A stretch of DNA of 64,000 nucleotides from Torpedo marmorata (Eukaryota), in assembly GCA_977017645.1 (NCBI GenBank), contig OZ360223.1, forward strand, positions 28,768,001 to 28,832,000, read 5' to 3'. Below the pieces are notes generated by a model. The model was given only the letters and a program-made list of their open reading frames with translations, ran no database searches and was not told where the DNA came from. Shown here piece after piece: positions 57,958-64,000 of this stretch. A program made the translations under genes and the position numbers. How positions within the stretch are numbered: the first letter of the stretch is position 1; every line of letters starts with the position of its first letter.

Positions 57958-59278
57958 TATTCTGACTGGTTGCATCACTGTCTGGTATGGAGGTGCCAAT
58001 GTACAGGACAGGAAAAGGCTACGGAGGGTTGTAAACTCGGCCATCGACATCACAGGCACCAGTCTTCATTCCATCAAGGACATCTACAAGCAGTGGTGTC
58101 CCAAGAAAGCAGCCTCTATCCTCAAGGACCCCCACCACCTAGGCCATGCCCTCTTCACTCTGCTACCATCGGGAAGGAAGTACAGGAGCCTGAAGACGAA
58201 CACCCAACGGTGCACACAAAACAGCTTATTCACCTCCAGCATCAGATATCTGAATGGTCAATGAACCACAGACACTAACTCACTTTTTCTCTTCTTTTGC
58301 ACACATTTATTTAATTTTAAATAGTATATTTGTGGAAATGTAATTTATCGCAATTTTTGCCCCTATAATGCACAAGAGTGCCAGAGCAGATAGAGGAGTG
58401 GAGGAAGGAAAAGATGATGTAAAAATTGCATGTAACATTAGAAGTCAACGGGTTGTACGTGGTGGAAATTTTCTCAGGTGCATCTATTTCAATGCAAGGA
58501 GTATTGTAAGAAAGGCAGACGAGCTTAGAGCGTGGATTGGCACGTGGAATTATGACATTGTCGCCATTAGTGAAACTTGGTTGCAGGAGGGGCAGGACCG
58601 GCAGCTCAATGTTCCGGGCTTCTGTTGCTTTAGACACGATAGAACGGAGGGCATAAAAGGGGGAGGAGTGGCATTGCTCGTCAGGGAAAATATCACAGCT
58701 GTGCTCAGGCAGGACAGACCAGAGGGCTCAATTACTGAGGCTATTTGGGTGGAGCTGAGGAATGGGAAAGGCATGACCACACTCATGGGGTTGTATTATA
58801 GACCGCCCAATAGTCAACGAGAATTGGAGGAGAAAAAATGCAGAGTGATAGTAGACAGCTGCAGGAAACATAAGGTTGTGATAGTAAGAGAATTTAACTT
58901 TTCACATATTGACTGGGACTCCCATACTGTAAAAGGGCTGCAATGATTTGGGTGATAATGTGGTAAATTGGATCAGCAAGTTTGCAGATGACACTAAGAT
59001 TGGAGGTATTGCGGACAGCGAGGAAGGTTTTCAACGTTTGCAGAGGGATCTGGACCAGCTGGAAAAATGGGCTGAAAAATGGCAGATGGAATTTAATGCA
59101 GACAAGTGTGAGGTGTTGTATTTTGGAAGGACAAACCAAGAAAGGACATACACCGTAAATGGTAGGGCACTGAGGAGTGCGGTAGAACACAGGGATCTGG
59201 GAATACAGATACATAATTCCCTGAAAGTGGCGTCACAGTTAGATAGGGTTGTAAAGAGAGCTTTTGGCATATTGGCCT

Positions 59279-60403
59279 CAGTGGCGTAGCCAGGTTTTGA
59301 TGTTAGGAGGAGCGAGAGCACATAAAAAAGGCACCGTGACCTCAGCTGTGCGCGTGTGCGCACGCACACAGGTTTTGCAACAAGCGCACAAAGCCTCCAC
59401 GCCCTCCTCCTCTCTCCAACCACTCCGTCCCCCTCCCTGCCACCGCCCTCCTCTCCTCTCTCCCTCGCTCATCTCCCCTTCCCTCCCCCCTCCCCTTCCA
59501 CNNNNNNNNNNNNNNNNNNNNNNNNNNNNNNNNNNNNNNNNNNNNNNNNNNNNNNNNNNNNNNNNNNNNNNNNNNNNNNNNNNNNNNNNNNNNNNNNNNN
59601 NNNNNNNNNNNNNNNNNNNNNNNNNNNNNNNNNNNNNNNNNNNNNNNNNNNNNNNNNNNNNNNNNNCCCCTCCTCTGCCCTTCCTTGAAAGAAACATGAA
59701 TGACTTTTCTTTTACTCCTCTCCCAACTCCTTTGAGCTGATGAACAACCATTGATGTTCCTATAGAGTGCGGGAGCTGAACTGATAGAGGAAACGTGGTA
59801 GACAATCTGTGCAGAGCAAGTTCCCACAAAAGAAAATTACCACACACTTGTGTGTTTATCACATTGGTCACGAAAAGCCCTGGCATCAGCTTACATTGAA
59901 TACAGAGCAAAGCAATCTTTCTGCAGAAGTGTTTGGGATGATTCCTTGAGCCTGAAGTCTAATGGCATGGTACCAAGATAACAAACATCCTCGGTCTCCA
60001 GTGTGCGTGTGCGGTAGGCCGAGGGGACACACAGTGGAGGGTTCGGAGTCGGGCGTTGGTAGCTCCGGTGTAGGCCGAGGGGAGGGTTCGGAGTCGGGCA
60101 TCGGGAGCTCCGGTGACCGGAGCTCCCGACGCCTGACTCCGAACCCTCCCCTCGGCCTACCACACACCGGAGCTCCCGACGCCCGACTCCGAACCCTCCC
60201 CTCGGCCTACCGCATACCGGAGCTCCCGACGCCCGACTCCAAACTCTCCCCTTAGCCTACCGCACATCTATCTGCTGCAGATGCCGTGGTCTCACAGCAC
60301 AGTTCAAAAATGTGCGGGAGGGTCATGGGGTCGGGGGCGGTGCCGGGCTGAAAAGGCAGGGTAAGCGGTTGCTCCCCCTGCTCCCCCCCTAGCTACGCCC
60401 CTG
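59279..60403. mobile_element. Non-autonomous hAT transposon, 8-bp TSD ATTGGCCT
   Basis: TIR CAGTGGCGTAGC / GCTACGCCCCTG; TSD at 59271-59278 and 60404-60411. Confidence 0.88.
59502..59666. other. Assembly gap (N run) within a polypyrimidine tract
   Basis: N characters in the sequence. Confidence 0.99.
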
Positions 60404-61671
60404 ATTGGCCTTCATAAATCAAAGTATTGAGTACAGGAGTTGGGATGTTATGGTAAAGTTGTATAAGACATTTATGAGGCCAAATATGGAGTATTGTGTG
60501 CAGTTTTGGTCACCTAACGAGAGGAAAGATATCAATAAGATTGAAAGAGTGCAGAGAAGATTTACTAGGATGTTTCCCGGACTTCAGGAACTGAGTTACA
60601 GGGATAGGTTAAACAGGTTTGGACTTTATTCCCTGGACTGTAGAAGAATGAGGGGAGATTTGATAGAGGTATTTAAAATTATGAGGGGCATAGACAGAGT
60701 AAATGTAGGTCGGTGTAAGAGCCTATGCTTAATTACTTACCTTGGTCACGGCGCTCCGATGGTCTCGGCGGGTTACGGAGGAGTCGCGGTGTTTGTAGGC
60801 CGTGCTAGGCCTATTTAGTACTCTGCGCATGCTCTAGAGTGCCAACGGGCGCATGCGCAGTTGGGAATTGATGGCAGTGTGCGCGGTGGAGTGTGCGTGG
60901 TGGAGTATGCGTGGTGGAATATGCGCATTGAGCATGCGCGAATCGGGAAAAAGTATAGGAAAAAGATGGCGGCTTAGAGGAGGGTGAGTGAGATTGCCAT
61001 ATCTTTTATTGACCGTTTCATTGATCATTTCATTGATGGTTTAAAGTCTTTAAAGTCGTTACATTGAACATTTAAATAGTCAAAGGAATCGTTTAAAGGA
61101 ATTCATTAAACATCGTAATCAAGAACTGTTTATATTTCATTTAAAGAAGATATTTAAGTCATTAAAGATCGCTGCAAGTCACGTGTGTAAATAAAGTTTT
61201 TTGAACATATCGGACTTTGTTAGTAAATTAATTGAAACGCGTCAAAAACAAGTATCTCACCTAGCCTCCAAGTAACTATTGTTGGATTGAAGTCATTATA
61301 TAATTAGTCAATAAAAGTGGTTGTTTGGAACAGAAAATTGAAGGAAAGAAGATAGAATAATTTCTCTGTGCTCTGGAATGATATTTAAAATAAAATGGTG
61401 GCCATCTTGGAGATGCCTCGAGTTGGGGGCAATATATAATCCACATCCATCTGCCATGAGTAACAGCCAGAGAGGGATTTAAAGCTTCAAATCTTATAGT
61501 AAAGTGTACTATAAATACGTTGGAGAAACCATTTTTGGAAAATCAGCGATATTATAGACGGATGTTGTGGTTGAAACTCGTTTGTGAATAGCAGCACATT
61601 ACAGTCATCTGAAGTGGTAGGCATAAGTCTGTGGACTCCTTCTGTGTATCTTTGGCAAGTTAGAACACAGA

Positions 61672-63171
61672 TTGGATTGGCTGCCGCTGGTCCATTGGGG
61701 ACTGTTGATTTGGCTAGTGTTGTGTATGCTTGAAGGACAGTGGAACAAGACGAGTAAAATGGCCGCAGCAGCCTCTGATGCAGCAGCCACTGATGTATCA
61801 GTAGCTGACGCAGCAATCGCTGATGTTGCTGTTAAGGACCAACGTATTGAAGACATGAAAGTTGCGGATATTAAAAAAGAATTGAAGCGACTGAAAAAAG
61901 ATATAAGTGGAAATAAAAAGGTTCTCATCGCAAGATTGAAGCTGGCAAAGGAAAAAGAGGCAGCTTCGTTAGATGAACAAGAAGATAACAAAGAAATGGC
62001 TGAAATTGTGTCACCAAATGAAGAGGATGAAGAAAATGAAGAGGATGAAGAAAATGAAAAGGATGAAGATGCAAAGGATGTACAATTCAAATTGGTGAAG
62101 GAGGTAAGTATGAAGACAACATATGATGTGCAGGACGAAATACAAGCAAGTGACAGTGTCTCAAATGCTGAAAGCAGGAGAAGCAAAAGAAGTTCTGGTT
62201 CGAGCTCCAGAGTTTCTCGTACTTCAAGTTCTGCATCGTCACGTACAATGATTGATGTTAACTTGGCCGCTCTTCTTGCACAACAAAAAGCGCTTAAGGA
62301 AAAACATATTTTAGAACAAAAGGAGGAGCAGTTAAGACAAGAGAAGGAGCAGCTTAGGCAGAGAAAGGAACAGCAGGAGCTGGAAGCAAACATTACTATT
62401 GCAAAGGCAAAAAAGAAAGCAATAGAAGGCTCAATGGTATCTGGTGCTAGAAGTAAATTATCTAAAGTGTCTGATAATAAAAGATCATATTTAAAAAAAG
62501 AGTCACAGGAAAAGAAACCAACCAAAAGGGTAGATATTTTAGCACCAAAGGTACAAGACTTGCAAATACAAGGACAAATCCTTCAAGAGCATATTGGTAT
62601 CGAGTCACATGTACCAGTGGTAACATCTGAAGACAAAGCTGCGGTTTGGGTTCGGTCGAATGTTGCAGCTTCGTTGTCATTTGAGTCAAGCAACAGAAAT
62701 ATGGAAGAAAATATACCAGTGAGGCTTACAGATACATTACCTGCAACAAGAGAAGGTGAACAGAGCAATGTATTGTCATCAAAAGGAAGACAAAATGAAA
62801 TTGCTACATCATTGATTCAGTTACAGTCTCTCTCTTCTTTACCGAAGAAAGAGATACAAACTTTTGATGGTGATTCACTTCAGTATCAATCGTTCATGAG
62901 ATCTCTCAAATGCAATATTGAAAATAAATGCCAAGATCATGATGAATGTCTTTATTATTTGGAAATGCTCACAAAGGGACATCCAAAAGAACTTGTAAAG
63001 AGTTGTCAACATATGTCTTCACAAAGAGGATTAGACAGAGCTAAGGCTTTACTAGAACAACATTTTGGCAACAAGCATCGAATTGCTTTAGCTTATATGA
63101 ATAAAGCTCTTAAATGGACATCAATAAAACAGAATGATGTAAAGGCTCTACAAGAATATACTCTATTTTAA
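61672..63171 (+). CDS. gag: BEL/Pao Gag N-terminal part (SAP-like motif, coiled coil, DUF1759-like region); likely start ATG 61759; frameshift near 63170
   Basis: 499-aa ORF with DSVSN, SSASS and EIQTFDGDSLQYQSF motifs typical of fish BEL gag. Confidence 0.82.
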   Translation: MDWLPLVHWGLLIWLVLCMLEGQWNKTSKMAAAASDAAATDVSVADAAIADVAVKDQRIEDMKVADIKKELKRLKKDISGNKKVLIARLKLAKEKEAASLDEQEDNKEMAEIVSPNEEDEENEEDEENEKDEDAKDVQFKLVKEVSMKTTYDVQDEIQASDSVSNAESRRSKRSSGSSSRVSRTSSSASSRTMIDVNLAALLAQQKALKEKHILEQKEEQLRQEKEQLRQRKEQQELEANITIAKAKKKAIEGSMVSGARSKLSKVSDNKRSYLKKESQEKKPTKRVDILAPKVQDLQIQGQILQEHIGIESHVPVVTSEDKAAVWVRSNVAASLSFESSNRNMEENIPVRLTDTLPATREGEQSNVLSSKGRQNEIATSLIQLQSLSSLPKKEIQTFDGDSLQYQSFMRSLKCNIENKCQDHDECLYYLEMLTKGHPKELVKSCQHMSSQRGLDRAKALLEQHFGNKHRIALAYMNKALKWTSIKQNDVKALQEYTLF

Positions 63172-64000
63172 GAGGATGTTGTAATGCCATGGAAGATATC
63201 AGTAATATTCGTGAGCTTGAAGTGCCTGGTAATATGCAAATCATCTTAGAAAAATTACCTTACAAGTTATGGGATAGATGGAGAAATTTGGCTTGTGATT
63301 TTCAAGGAAATTACGGTCGAAGAGCTACCTTAAAGGATTTGGTAAATTTTCTTGAACGACAAGTATACATTGAAACAGATCCAATATATGGAAATACCAG
63401 AGACAATTCAATGGGCAAAGATATAAGGAGGTCTAACTCACAGCCTAGTCCGAAATTGAAAAGGAGTACTTTTGCTACTAAAGTGTCAGTTATAAATAAA
63501 GAAAAGGACAAAGTAAATAAGGAAAAGGAAAGTTTGCCTGATGAAAAGAGTTGTTTGTTCTGTAAAGATGAACATGCTTTGGATATGTGTTTACGATTGG
63601 AAAAGAAGGAACATAATGAGAAGATCGCTTTCTTAAAGGAAAATGGAATGTGTTTTAGCTGTCTGTGTAAAGGGCACATTAGTAAAAACTGTGAGAAGCG
63701 AATTAATTATAACATAAGTAAGTTGAAACATCCTAGAATGTTGCATATCCATCAAAGAAACAAGGAATTGGAAAAGGAGCAAACAGAAACAAAGGAAACA
63801 TCAGAAAACAATGTTATAACCTCGGTTCAGACAAGTGGTCTTACCAGGGCCGGTACAGATAACTGCAAACTTTCAATAGTGCCTGTACAAGTCAAGACCA
63901 AGAAAGGGGATGCAATAGTACATACATATGCATTTCTAGACCCAGGCAGTACTGCATCTTTTTGCACGGAAGAACTAATGAACAAACTTAATATTCAAGG
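63169..64000 (+). pseudogene. BEL/Pao Gag C-part and aspartic protease (shifted frame, partial)
   Basis: Manual translation: LRGCCNAM..KLPYKLWDRWR..DPIYG..CLFC..CFSCL..IVPVQVK..YAFLDPGSTASFCTE. Confidence 0.82.

Larger units (their letters stand above)
56033..58366 (+). mobile_element. Rex1/Babar LINE, degenerate, interrupted by a solo LTR and a Penelope pLTR fragment
   Basis: ORFs 56033-56299, 56184-56474, 56787-56975 (PQGCVLSP, KFADD), 57518-57742 and 57923-58264. Confidence 0.9.
58368..60713 (+). mobile_element. CR1 LINE with APE endonuclease and RT C-part (large internal deletion), split by a hAT MITE and cut by the BEL element
   Basis: YFNARSI..ISETWL..GGGVALL..YYRPP (58368-58946); KFADDTK (58948-59278); FINQSIEYRS..RVQRRFTRM (60405-60713). 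Confidence 0.9.
60714..64000 (+). mobile_element. BEL/Pao LTR retrotransposon, 5' part (probable LTR 60714-61603), running off the window
   Basis: TGTAA...TTACA candidate LTR; Pao-type gag (PKKEIQTFDGD), BEL zinc-knuckle array (CLFCKDEHALDMC, CFSCLCKGHISKNC) and protease YAFLDPGS. Confidence 0.88.

Noticed and set aside
59264-59910. ORFs spanning the N run
   Set aside because: Artefacts of the assembly gap and low-complexity sequence.
61604-61630. Self-priming duplex in the BEL element
   Set aside because: No TGG PBS directly follows the presumed LTR end, but I found no complementary segment in the LTR either, and the LTR boundary cannot be verified without the 3' LTR.
61605-62525. 306-aa antisense ORF, and a hydrophobic leader upstream of the BEL gag suggesting env or a signal peptide
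   Set aside because: The antisense ORF is the shadow of low-complexity Glu/Lys codons. The leader depends on a non-ATG start at 61672; ATG 61759 is the likelier start.

Overview
Eukaryotic, transposon-saturated non-coding DNA, most likely from a cartilaginous fish (shark or ray). The taxon is inferred from HE1-like V-SINEs, a Deu-type SINE, and CR1, Rex1/Babar and Neptune-type Penelope elements. No host gene could be identified with confidence; there is one possible 49-nt exon at 21827-21875. Most of the window consists of nested elements: three Gypsy LTR retrotransposons (A 33629-38424 +, C 44423-55130 -, and B 50520-55008 - nested in the 5' LTR of C), the 5' half of a BEL/Pao element with an SAP-like gag N-terminus, four solo LTRs, several LINE fragments, Penelope elements carrying hammerhead-like motifs, Chapaev3, hAT, Tc1/mariner-type and TA-flanked MITEs, and four copies of a GC-rich non-autonomous retroposon with a (GAATCTT)n tail. 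The main observation is that none of the three Gypsy elements has a tRNA primer-binding site. At that position each instead carries a different 12-14 nt sequence perfectly complementary to the AATAAA-containing segment of its own LTR, with compensatory changes between elements, plus conserved U5-end and PPT hairpins. This points to tRNA-independent self-priming. All coordinates were read by eye; boundaries without a TSD are approximate.
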